Shown here in pieces: positions 39,618-47,680 of a stretch of DNA of 64,000 nt (position 1 is the stretch's first letter; each line of letters starts with the position of its first letter). Position numbers and translations under genes: made by a program. Under the pieces are notes generated by a model. That model was not told the origin of the DNA. It made no database searches and was given only the letters and a program-made list of their open reading frames with translations. The stretch is from positions 28,247 through 92,246 of the IMG/VR virus record IMGVR_UViG_3300021437_000011, one strand, 5' to 3'. The DNA comes from a virus.

Positions 39618-40133
39618 TCGTGGATCGTGCTCGCGTGGAAGATATAGGCTATTCGCTAATACCCCTGTAATTATTACTCGTGCCTCCGTGCTCGCGTGGA
39701 GGATACCGATCTATGACAATCACATTTGATCACCTCCGCCGTGCATCCGCGTTCGCGTGGGGGATACACGATATTCGATTTGTAGGCGAAGCCCCACGCC
39801 CGTGCATCCGCGTTCGCGTGGGGGATGCTATAAACTTTGTTGCGGTATGCCATAGGATTCCCGTGCATCCGCGCTCGCGTGGAGGATACTATTAATTTTC
39901 TTGCAGCGATGTTATACCCTGCCGTGCATCCGCGCTCGCGTGGAGGATACGGGATCACCCATTGATCCGGGCCGTTATTCGCCCGTGCATCCGCGCTCGC
40001 GTGGAGGATACACCTCCGCATCCCATTTCGGGCCAGATCGGGCCCGTGCATCCGCGCTCGCGTGGAGGATACTAAAGCTCGATGGCGTCGGCGACGGTGA
40101 GGGCCCGTGCATCCGCGCTCGCGTGGAGGATAC
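39618..40133 (-). CRISPR. CRISPR array: 9 repeats (29 nt, type I-E-like, GTATCCTCCACGCGAGCGCGGATGCACGG) and 8 spacers of 32 nt
   Basis: Repeats start at 39618 (degenerate, 28 nt), 39678, 39739, 39800, 39861, 39922, 39983, 40044 and 40105, a 61-nt period. Degeneration increases leftward, placing the leader on the right (minus-strand transcription). Confidence 0.96.
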
Positions 40134-40409
40134 CCTTCCGCGTAAGCGTATGATCCATATATCAAAGAGCACGGATAGCTTCGCCCACCACCACAGGAAC
40201 GCTTTATTCCCCCGTCTTCGTGCGCCGACTCGTAGACCGCGAATACACACGTTCCGCCGCCAAGCTACACTCTAGTGCCGTTGCCTTGCTGTCGGCTCAC
40301 TCCCCCGAGGGTTTGTGCTGCGCACCCGCTTGGCCTTACACGGCAGCCCCCTGAAACCTCAGCTTCAGAGGGCGGGCAGTTACTTTCCCCCGCACGCGAG
40401 GGTAGGGGA
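40134..40409 (-). ncRNA. Putative omegaRNA/tracrRNA-like scaffold and array leader
   Basis: Lies between the tnpB-like stop and the first repeat. Minus strand reads UACCCUCGCGUGCGGGGGAAAGUAACUGCCCG...GUAAGGC...CGAAGACGGGGGAA, resembling IS605 omegaRNA landmarks from memory. Contains a hairpin at ~40348-40372 and CCGUGCUC, complementary to the repeat 3' end. Confidence 0.55.
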
Positions 40410-41831
40410 TCAATCCCAAGCTCGTTTGAGCTGGCTAGCCGCCTTGGCGATCTGGCCTTGCTCATATTCATTTTGCGCGGCGTTGGCTTGCCGCGAAACG
40501 TAATTACCGCAATCGCATATTAGCATGCGCTTTTCAAGAGGCATGTAATGGAGTTTCCCACACCGCGAGCATTTTTGCACCTCGGGAAAGAGCGTATGCG
40601 TTTCGTTGTACGTGCGACCGCGGTCGACAGCCTTGTATCCAAGGTAGCCCCGGAACTGCGCCATGGCGGCGCGCTTGTTCGCTTTTGTCAGGATTTTAGG
40701 AACTCTTTCAACATCTCCCGTCTGTTTGTTAACCCTTTTTGTCGTCATGAGCGATTTAACATCCATCTTATGCACAGTTATCGTGTCGAACTGCTTAACG
40801 ATCGCGTCAGAGACCTTATGCAGCATATCGTCGCGTCGATTGCGCTCCTTGGCGTGGAGATTCGCCAATTCGTCGGCTGTCTTGTAATAATCCTTCGTCC
40901 CCTTATGGCGGCGCGCCAAACGTCGGTTAGCGAGCCTGATGCGCCGCGCCAGCTTCCTGTCCTCTTTCATCGGCGGCGTTTGCTGGATTTTTTCCCCGTC
41001 GAATGTGGTCGCCAGAATGCTGGCGGAGATCTTGACGCCGCATTCGCGCCCGAAGTGTGGATAGGGTTTGGGGTCAGGGACTTCGAATTGACAAGACAGC
41101 CACCACTGCTCTCCCAGACGCCAGATGCGCCCTCCCTGCAGCTTGCCGTCAATAGGGACGCCCTCTTGCCTGAAGGTGATAGCTTGTTTCAGCTTCGGCA
41201 GCTTCACCTCTCGGGCTTTGTGGTCAAATATTGTTTGAGTGTTGACCATATAGACGCTCCCTACGGCATAGCGCGACTTTTTGAAGCGGGGGAACCCTGT
41301 GTCTCTTCCTCCAGCCCCGTCTTTGCGCTTCTTCCGCTCAAGGAGCATGGTTTTTATGGCTTTGACGACATCCTTACAGACCTGCTGAGAGGAGTGTGAG
41401 GGAAGCGCCTCAATCCATTTCATGGTCGGATTCTCCTTGAGACGAGCCATGATCTTCTGAAGATCGCTTTCCCAAATAAAAAGTTTGGGAGGCTCTCCAT
41501 CCACAGAGGAACCGGAAATTTTTTGGTAATGGTCTTGCGGCGGCTCTACAGGCTCCTTCCCTTCTCCAGGTTTTTTCTTAACAATTCCATACTTTGTTTT
41601 CTTGCCATATTTCCAGGAATGGAGAGCATCCGCATATCCCTCCTTAACGACTTGCGCCCAAATCTCGCGCCAGCGTAATTCTGGGCGGAATTTTGATCCG
41701 TCGTAGGCCGCCTGCTCCATCCCAAGCAGCAAATTCCACAGGTTTATGCCTCCTCGACGCCACCGATCCATGGTCCTCGCCTGCTCGGGCGTCGGCTTCA
41801 GCTTTATCTTAACCCCACGCATTACCGCCAT
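40410..41831 (-). CDS. Nuclease-dead TnpB/Cas12-like RNA-guided protein (TldR-like), CRISPR-associated
   Basis: KIKLKPTPEQ N-terminus, GFPRFKK, VKLPKL, WWLSCQFEV; RuvC-I GVKIS (D to K267), RuvC-II ITVHKMDV (E to H354), CSRC/CDC zinc finger, RuvC-III SRQANAAQN (D to Q448). Confidence 0.88.
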   Translation of the reverse strand: MAVMRGVKIKLKPTPEQARTMDRWRRGGINLWNLLLGMEQAAYDGSKFRPELRWREIWAQVVKEGYADALHSWKYGKKTKYGIVKKKPGEGKEPVEPPQDHYQKISGSSVDGEPPKLFIWESDLQKIMARLKENPTMKWIEALPSHSSQQVCKDVVKAIKTMLLERKKRKDGAGGRDTGFPRFKKSRYAVGSVYMVNTQTIFDHKAREVKLPKLKQAITFRQEGVPIDGKLQGGRIWRLGEQWWLSCQFEVPDPKPYPHFGRECGVKISASILATTFDGEKIQQTPPMKEDRKLARRIRLANRRLARRHKGTKDYYKTADELANLHAKERNRRDDMLHKVSDAIVKQFDTITVHKMDVKSLMTTKRVNKQTGDVERVPKILTKANKRAAMAQFRGYLGYKAVDRGRTYNETHTLFPEVQKCSRCGKLHYMPLEKRMLICDCGNYVSRQANAAQNEYEQGQIAKAASQLKRAWD

Positions 41832-42205
41832 TTATTCCCTGCCTTTAGCCATTGCCGTGATTTTATGAATGTGTGAACATATGGTATGCAACCATACTTG
41901 TCATCCAACCAAAGTGGAGGAGTTTATGCGCTGCGCATACACGGTGGTTATAGAGTGCGGAGAAATAACATGTAATGAAAGAGAAAAATCATGCGTTTTC
42001 TTAGCGATAAGGCGAACAGGCTCAGAGGCTGTCTGCTTATTTCCTCACGGCGGACCCCTTAATGGCAAGAGGGTCACTCCCCTGCGGACAAGAGAGGGGT
42101 GGGTCATCAGATCCGAGGACTGCAAAGACGCTTTCAAGGTTGTCGATAGCGAGTAGCGCATTAAGAAATAACCATATTCCAGGCAAAATATGCATAGGTA
42201 TCAAG

Positions 42206-44038
42206 ATGAGTGCGAATGCAAGTTACAAGAATAAGGTAGAAATTCCGCGCATAAAACCAAAAAAAAACCAGAAAGAACCGCAATTTATTTTCACTGATAA
42301 CGCAGGCAATAAAAGACGCGTTAACTATGTACTAAAAAATGACTCATATTTTTTCAGAGCTTGTGATGTTTGGTCTGCATGCACTTTATATGAAAAAGGA
42401 TTTTTAATTTCACATCTTAAATCAGTCGGCGACGTAGAGAAGATTCTCTTTGATAAAAATTCATGGTGTCCGTCCACGCGACCAACATATGCAATAACCC
42501 TTCAGCAAGCCCTCAAAGCGTGCAACGAACTGCCAGGGGGGCCTCATGGCGTTGAAACGTGGCTCAGGGACAACTTCCTCTCTCCAGAGGCAAGGAATCA
42601 AAGCCCCCTCCTCGTCATTGCCGCAGCGGACCCCATCCCAATCGCTCCCCCCGAGACGCCCGCCGCCGCGCTAATCACTTCCGCCAATGGCGAGATATCC
42701 TATGTGTTGCGCTGCAGGCAGGATGCGCCGCGCCAAGCGTGGCGGTTGCCAGCCGTAAAGCATGGCGAGACGGTCTTTTGGCCAGAACGCCTAGGCGTTG
42801 ATATCAATGACATCAACGAGATATTAGGCGTTGATGTCGTCGATTCCGTGCAGAACCGCTTATGGGCGCATCGGGACGTCCAGGATCAGACGCATCGCCT
42901 GATCGACAGCCCCTGCTGGGATAAAATGAAGGCGCTCCCCGCGATCCGCAACGCTAACCCTGACCTAGTCGCGGCGTATAGCGCGCTCTTCGCGTTGAGC
43001 GTGGGGGGAAATGGAGCGCAAGAGACCGTTAATGGAGAATCTGAAGCCAAGCAAGGAGTCTCCCAGCAAAAGAAAGCGGACGCAGGCGATCAGCCAGCGA
43101 TAGTCGCTTGGCCCCTTGCGAGCAAATCTCTCGCCCCTCCTGCGGAAGCCCCTCTCTCCCCCATGCAGTCGCGTTCCTTTGACTTCTCCACAGCTACCCA
43201 TCATGTAACGCATGTTTATGCGGCTATGGACGACGAAGGGCGGCTCTGGGTGTCAAGACCGTCCTTGAATAACGTTTTTGGGGTCGTACAGGGATGGCCG
43301 CTCGCTGCAAGGAACGCTCCAAGAAGACAGATCCTTTGCGAAGGAGAAAGCGTGGCGGCCATCTGCGAGACTAACATTCCCCTGCTGGTCGGAGGCCAGG
43401 AGGGGAAGAACAAGATTTTGGGACTGGATTTTGAGCATTGGCTGGCGGCGGAGGTTTCTCCAGCATTCATCGACTCAGCCCCTCCGTCAGCCATTATGAA
43501 GATAGAGGGCAAGGAGGCTTCTTTCTTTTTTCAAGGGTTCAGTTACCTGATCCGCGTAGCTAAAGATGAGGAAGAAGATCTCTGGGTGGCTATCTCCGAT
43601 GTTGAGAGGCTACTCGACCATCCTCTCAAAAATTGGCAAGGAGGCGCCCGAACCTCTCCCCGGCGTCTGATATCCCTAAATGGGACGACATTTCCAGCCA
43701 TATCGGAAGAGTGGATCGAAAGTATCGCAGCGGGAGCGCCGCCCAGTCGGAAAAACAGATCGAAGGCTTTCGTTCAATGGTGGACCGATAGCGTATGGCC
43801 CATGTTTAGCGCCCAGCCTAGCGCCACGCCATCTCTCGCGCCAACGCTCGCGCCAACGCTCGCCAGCCAGGCGCGAGAGGCCGCGCGCCTGCTGGTCCTG
43901 TTGGCCGACGAATCCGATGCTCTGCGCGCAGAAAATGCTCAGTTGAAGGCTGAGAACGCGGATGTAAAGGAGATGAAGACGACGCTCGCGAAAAAAATCG
44001 CGAGCGTTCAGGAAGCGCTTGGAAAAATAATAGCCTAG
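42206..44038 (+). CDS. Antirepressor-like protein with several degenerate Bro-N-like segments and C-terminal coiled coil
   Basis: Recurring segments: YFFRACDV; DDEGRLWVS...FEHWLAAEVSP; DEEEDLWVAISDV...AFVQWW.DSVWP. Confidence 0.5.
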   Translation: MSANASYKNKVEIPRIKPKKNQKEPQFIFTDNAGNKRRVNYVLKNDSYFFRACDVWSACTLYEKGFLISHLKSVGDVEKILFDKNSWCPSTRPTYAITLQQALKACNELPGGPHGVETWLRDNFLSPEARNQSPLLVIAAADPIPIAPPETPAAALITSANGEISYVLRCRQDAPRQAWRLPAVKHGETVFWPERLGVDINDINEILGVDVVDSVQNRLWAHRDVQDQTHRLIDSPCWDKMKALPAIRNANPDLVAAYSALFALSVGGNGAQETVNGESEAKQGVSQQKKADAGDQPAIVAWPLASKSLAPPAEAPLSPMQSRSFDFSTATHHVTHVYAAMDDEGRLWVSRPSLNNVFGVVQGWPLAARNAPRRQILCEGESVAAICETNIPLLVGGQEGKNKILGLDFEHWLAAEVSPAFIDSAPPSAIMKIEGKEASFFFQGFSYLIRVAKDEEEDLWVAISDVERLLDHPLKNWQGGARTSPRRLISLNGTTFPAISEEWIESIAAGAPPSRKNRSKAFVQWWTDSVWPMFSAQPSATPSLAPTLAPTLASQAREAARLLVLLADESDALRAENAQLKAENADVKEMKTTLAKKIASVQEALGKIIA

Positions 44039-44049
44039 ATCGACAGGTT

Positions 44050-44072
44050 AGGGACGGATGCGAACCGTCCCT
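44050..44072. terminator. Hairpin between convergent genes
   Basis: AGGGACGG/CCGTCCCT stem. Confidence 0.55.
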
Positions 44073-44086
44073 CCTTACCTTTTGCC

Positions 44087-44578
44087 TTACGGGACCACAA
44101 TGGTGTCTGGACGGAAATGGAGCTGCGTCGCGCTTACGGCGAAGCCTAGCGGCTGATCCATGTTCGGGTTGCCAGGGGCCGCCAAAGTAACTTTCCCTAT
44201 GGCCGCTGCGTCCAGAAAGACCGGAGCGCCAATGGTGAGCCCAGACAGATTGGTGTTCTCGCCAGAGAAATACACCGTGGCGGTCTCGCCGACGGAGACG
44301 TTGTCTTTGATGAACCCCTGAGCCTGGGTCGCCAGGCTCGAAGCCACGGCGAGGGCGATCTTGCCCGCCGAGTTGATGTAAACCATCGCGCCTATGGAGG
44401 CCGTAACGACAACTGAGACGTCTAGGGACGCTACAAAGGTCCCCCCCAGCATGGAGGCGTCAATGGCTCCAGTTCCGTCGAGCGCTACGACTTGGTTCGC
44501 ATTCCCCGCGCCGCCAGAAGCGGTGGCGGATCTGACGGTGAGAACGCCGCCGACAAGATCAACAAAAGTTTTAGCCAT
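44087..44578 (-). CDS. Cement-like (DUF2190-like) virion protein
   Basis: GGAG.AN.VVALD.TG.ID.SML, A.GF....V..G..ATVYF.G.N..LSGLT.G..VFL. Confidence 0.55.
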   Translation of the reverse strand: MAKTFVDLVGGVLTVRSATASGGAGNANQVVALDGTGAIDASMLGGTFVASLDVSVVVTASIGAMVYINSAGKIALAVASSLATQAQGFIKDNVSVGETATVYFSGENTNLSGLTIGAPVFLDAAAIGKVTLAAPGNPNMDQPLGFAVSATQLHFRPDTIVVP

Positions 44579-44589
44579 GACTTACCCCT

Positions 44590-45111
44590 TTATGATAAGA
44601 CGATAGGATGCTCGATATTGATGATCATTTTCGTCGAACTGGCGACATAGCCAAGTTTAACGAATACTCCTGACGTTGGAACAACTTGAGTTATGGTCCC
44701 GTTCGCGCCGAGATACATTTCCCCAGCGACCAAACCTGAAGGCGTAGCGATTTCACCTTTCACGATTATCTGCATTTGGTCGCCAGCGGCTGTGAAAACG
44801 TCCGTCATTCCCAATACCTTCAGGCACTTATTGATATCCGTGGGGTCAGCCTTATCGGCTGTAACTCCATCAATATCGTAGACGATCCTGAAATGCTCAA
44901 TTCCGGGGCCAGCGGCGGCTGTCCTGAACCATACCAGGGAGTTCCCTACGCCAATGGGGACGGCTCCCGCAGTCCCCGTAATGTACATAGGCCCCGCCGC
45001 GACGCCATTACCGTCCACGATTTCGATGAAGCCGCCTGACATGCCGATGGCGAGACCGGCGTCGAAATCAGCTTGAGTCATGCGATGGGTGACGCAATAG
45101 CCCGTGTTCAT
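44590..45111 (-). CDS. Cement-like virion protein
   Basis: VLG......G....I...G...YLG.NG.ITQ..P.SG..V.LG pattern; paired with the previous gene. Confidence 0.5.
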   Translation of the reverse strand: MNTGYCVTHRMTQADFDAGLAIGMSGGFIEIVDGNGVAAGPMYITGTAGAVPIGVGNSLVWFRTAAAGPGIEHFRIVYDIDGVTADKADPTDINKCLKVLGMTDVFTAAGDQMQIIVKGEIATPSGLVAGEMYLGANGTITQVVPTSGVFVKLGYVASSTKMIINIEHPIVLS

Positions 45112-45122
45112 GATGCTCCCCC

Positions 45123-46457
45123 CTATTGTAGAACAAGTTCAACATTTTGGAGGGTTCCGCCGCTATCCCAGGTGATAAGGAGAGCCTCGCCCGCGCCAAT
45201 GGTCAATGGACTCGACAGCACGATCCGCTCCGCGCCGAGCTCCGAACTCGAATAGGTGTGCGCCGGGATCGTCATCGTCGCGCACTGACCGCTGTTGATA
45301 TTGACCAGCTCGACGATTGTGGGCGTCACGCAGGGGACGCCAGCCTCAAAAGTCGCCATCGTGTATGTCTTGGCGTCGAGGTGGTAAACGCCCCCGGAAG
45401 CCGACAACGGCCGGCAGCGGCCTCGCGCCAGGGCCGGAGTCTGCGGCCCGGCGCCCGTGAATGAAGTCACGACGGCGCGCATATGCCATCCAGTAATGAC
45501 GCGCGTCCCACCTCCTTCGAGGGGGATCGCCAAGGACTGGCTTGTCCAATCCGAAGGTATCGCCCATCGAATATGGAAGAGCTGAGGCGGGTCCGAAAGC
45601 GTAGCTGGCCCATTCTTCATCCAGGTAGACGGATCGCTCAAGTTGGGAAGCGCTTTCCAGGTCAGGTCCGACGCATAGTATTGGAGCGCCATATCGCGCA
45701 CATTCGCGGACTTGCGATGGACCATCAGATCCAGGCCGAAACCAGCGGAGGGGAATGTAAAAAGTTGAGCCTGGCCGACATCGTAAACCACATCGGGGAC
45801 GGTTCCAAAGCTCCCGTCCGTCATCGCGGCGTTAAACACCAGGGTTTGGTCGTCATAGCCGCTGTTGGTCCCTAGCATGTACATGATCGACATCTTGGGA
45901 GATGTCCCAGGGGCGGTCAGCGATTCCGGCTTTACGACAATCCATTTCCGGGATGTGATGAAGCTGGGGACGGGGGAAAAGGCGACGCGATCTGAAGAAG
46001 GCGTAGCCCACTCAACGATGTAGGTGCCAGGACCGTTACGAAAACCATCCGACTGATCAAGCGTGACAGTGAGCTGCCGGTCCGCCTCTATGCCGTTGGT
46101 GCTATCCCAGACCTGGAGGCCAGGGCCAGTCCAAACCCCTGGAGTGTCAATTGTAAACCGGAGCTGCGCGACATCTTCCGTGGATGCGACATAAACAGAA
46201 TCGCCAGCGGAAAATGTCGCATTGGTTCCCCAAGGCATAAATGCATTCGGGCCATCATGACCTGAGGCGGCGCTGCTGTAATCCGTGAACTCAATGTTCA
46301 AACCCGCCAAGTCCACGTTATAAGCGTATACATCTTCAGCTTCTTCAATACTACTATATGCGTCAGTAAAATGGACCTGATCGGTTTGTCCGCGCACAAT
46401 GCCATCGGAGTTGTTTCCAGCCGAATCCGATATCTCGGCTATTGAAATCGTAAACAA
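45123..46457 (-). CDS. Beta-rich hypothetical protein (possible virion/surface protein)
   Basis: 444-aa ORF with GGAGG RBS before a TTG start. Confidence 0.6.
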   Translation of the reverse strand: MFTISIAEISDSAGNNSDGIVRGQTDQVHFTDAYSSIEEAEDVYAYNVDLAGLNIEFTDYSSAASGHDGPNAFMPWGTNATFSAGDSVYVASTEDVAQLRFTIDTPGVWTGPGLQVWDSTNGIEADRQLTVTLDQSDGFRNGPGTYIVEWATPSSDRVAFSPVPSFITSRKWIVVKPESLTAPGTSPKMSIMYMLGTNSGYDDQTLVFNAAMTDGSFGTVPDVVYDVGQAQLFTFPSAGFGLDLMVHRKSANVRDMALQYYASDLTWKALPNLSDPSTWMKNGPATLSDPPQLFHIRWAIPSDWTSQSLAIPLEGGGTRVITGWHMRAVVTSFTGAGPQTPALARGRCRPLSASGGVYHLDAKTYTMATFEAGVPCVTPTIVELVNINSGQCATMTIPAHTYSSSELGAERIVLSSPLTIGAGEALLITWDSGGTLQNVELVLQ

Positions 46458-46579
46458 CTAAAAACCTCCCTGAGGCTCCCCATGAAATTCGATTGATCAT
46501 GATTTATCATAATGTCAAGAGCCAATATACTGAATTTTTAATTTTTTATGAAAAATTTTGTTGATACATTTAAAGAACA

Positions 46580-46849
46580 TCATGTTCCCTTAGGCTTCCC
46601 AAACCAGTACTCCTTCATTTCCAGAAGAAACTCCCGAGATTGAGCCGCGCCAGCAGGCAAAACGCTGCTTTCCCCGCAATGAGGGCAAAGAGCCGTTAGC
46701 CCTTTGTCTGTCCACTTCGTGATCTCTTTGGGGGAAAAAGTCTCAAGACAAGAGAAGCAATAGGCTTTGTGCGAGATTTCGAGAACGTGCAAATTGTGAA
46801 TGCTGCGCCTGCGCGCGAGAATAAGGGGATAGTCTTTTGGAACGGACAT
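46580..46849 (-). CDS. Small zinc-ribbon protein
   Basis: CFSC...I..W.D...TALCP.CG..SVL...L.EM..YWF. Confidence 0.7.
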   Translation of the reverse strand: MSVPKDYPLILARRRSIHNLHVLEISHKAYCFSCLETFSPKEITKWTDKGLTALCPHCGESSVLPAGAAQSREFLLEMKEYWFGKPKGT

Positions 46850-47034
46850 CTGGACCTCGGGATTGACAACGAGGGAGATGTCTGACACCGTGGAGGAAAT
46901 GCAAGGAAACCCGACATCCCCCCATATCGAAGGGGAGGGGAACCCGCTCCTCTCGTGAGGAAGAGAAGCGGGCTTTGGGAAGTCGGCTGGAACATCTCGC
47001 CGACTGCTTGGCGAGTAGAGCTATAGCCCTTGCA
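46845..47034. ncRNA. Putative structured RNA / leader
   Basis: Nested stems: TGCAAGG/CCTTGCA enclosing CCGACATCCC/GGGAAGTCGG, CCCGCT/AGCGGG and CTCGCC/GGCGAG; adjacent GACATCT/AGATGTC hairpin. Confidence 0.45.
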
Positions 47035-47092
47035 CGCAACCAGCGCAAGAGAAAACGCACTATTCATTATGAGGAGTATAGTAAATGAAAAG

Positions 47093-47112
47093 ATAAAACG
47101 TATACGTTTTAT
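47093..47112. promoter_or_regulatory. Perfect 20-bp palindrome, probable operator in a divergent intergenic region
   Basis: ATAAAACGTATACGTTTTAT. Confidence 0.55.
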
Positions 47113-47263
47113 TTACGAATTCATCTGATGTATGGATATGGTCGCGGGAATAGAAGCGGGAGCCGTAGCCGCCGGTGGGGTTAAGCTACGGCTCCAACTT
47201 TGCCAGATCGCCCAGCAGTAGAAACCAGTACTTAAGTATCAAATGAGCCGAGGAGAGTCAAGC

Positions 47264-47638
47264 ATGTCATTGGCAGCGATCCTATGCGGAGGGAAAAACT
47301 TTAAAGATTACGCCGTCTTGAAAGAATGTCTTGATAAAGAACATGAGCGCTATGGACTTGAAATCATCATTCATGGCGCCGAAGGCGGCGGCGTTGATGA
47401 TCTCGCCGACAAATGGGGGCGGCTTAATGGCGCTCTCGTCATCCCCATCCCCGCCTGGTGGAAGAGGTACGGAGCCACCGCGGGGACGATAAGAAATGGG
47501 GTGATGGTGAAACTGCTCAAGATCATCCCCACTGAGAGAAAGGCCGTCATCGCCTTCCCTGGTCGGGATATGACCATGGTTGAGCTCGCCGAGAAAGAAA
47601 GCGAGAGCGGGATCAAGCTGATCAAGATCGGGTGGTGA
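47264..47638 (+). CDS. SLOG-family (DUF2493/YspA-like) protein
   Basis: CGG..F.D, IIHGA.G.D.LA..W, W..YG..AG.IRN, VIAFPG. Confidence 0.8.
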   Translation: MSLAAILCGGKNFKDYAVLKECLDKEHERYGLEIIIHGAEGGGVDDLADKWGRLNGALVIPIPAWWKRYGATAGTIRNGVMVKLLKIIPTERKAVIAFPGRDMTMVELAEKESESGIKLIKIGW

Positions 47639-47642
47639 GGTC

Positions 47643-47678
47643 AGCGTGAGAGCGAGGTTCGGGGCTCGCTCTCACGCT
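47643..47678. terminator. Hairpin between convergent genes
   Basis: AGCGTGAGAGCGAG/CTCGCTCTCACGCT 14-bp stem. Confidence 0.75.
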
Positions 47679-47680
47679 AT

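Noticed and set aside
40073-40104. Possible self-targeting: 10-12 nt matches of this spacer near 22408 and 28313
   Set aside because: Short GC-rich matches are expected by chance. No full protospacer was found by eye, though the search was not exhaustive.
39674-40275. ORFs 39674-40165, 39680-39895, 39901-40275 and 39975-40250
   Set aside because: They are read-through of CRISPR repeats (recurring YPPRERGCT / VSSTRARMH), not genes.
40410-41831. Calling this an active IS200/IS605 transposon or an active Cas12 nuclease
   Set aside because: No tnpA or clear IS ends were seen, and all three RuvC catalytic residues are substituted.
42062-42205. N-terminal extension of the 658-aa ORF
   Set aside because: The upstream stretch looks non-coding; ATG 42206 was preferred, but the start remains uncertain.
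43835-43863. LAPT tandem micro-repeat
   Set aside because: A simple 12-nt linker slippage with no further structure.
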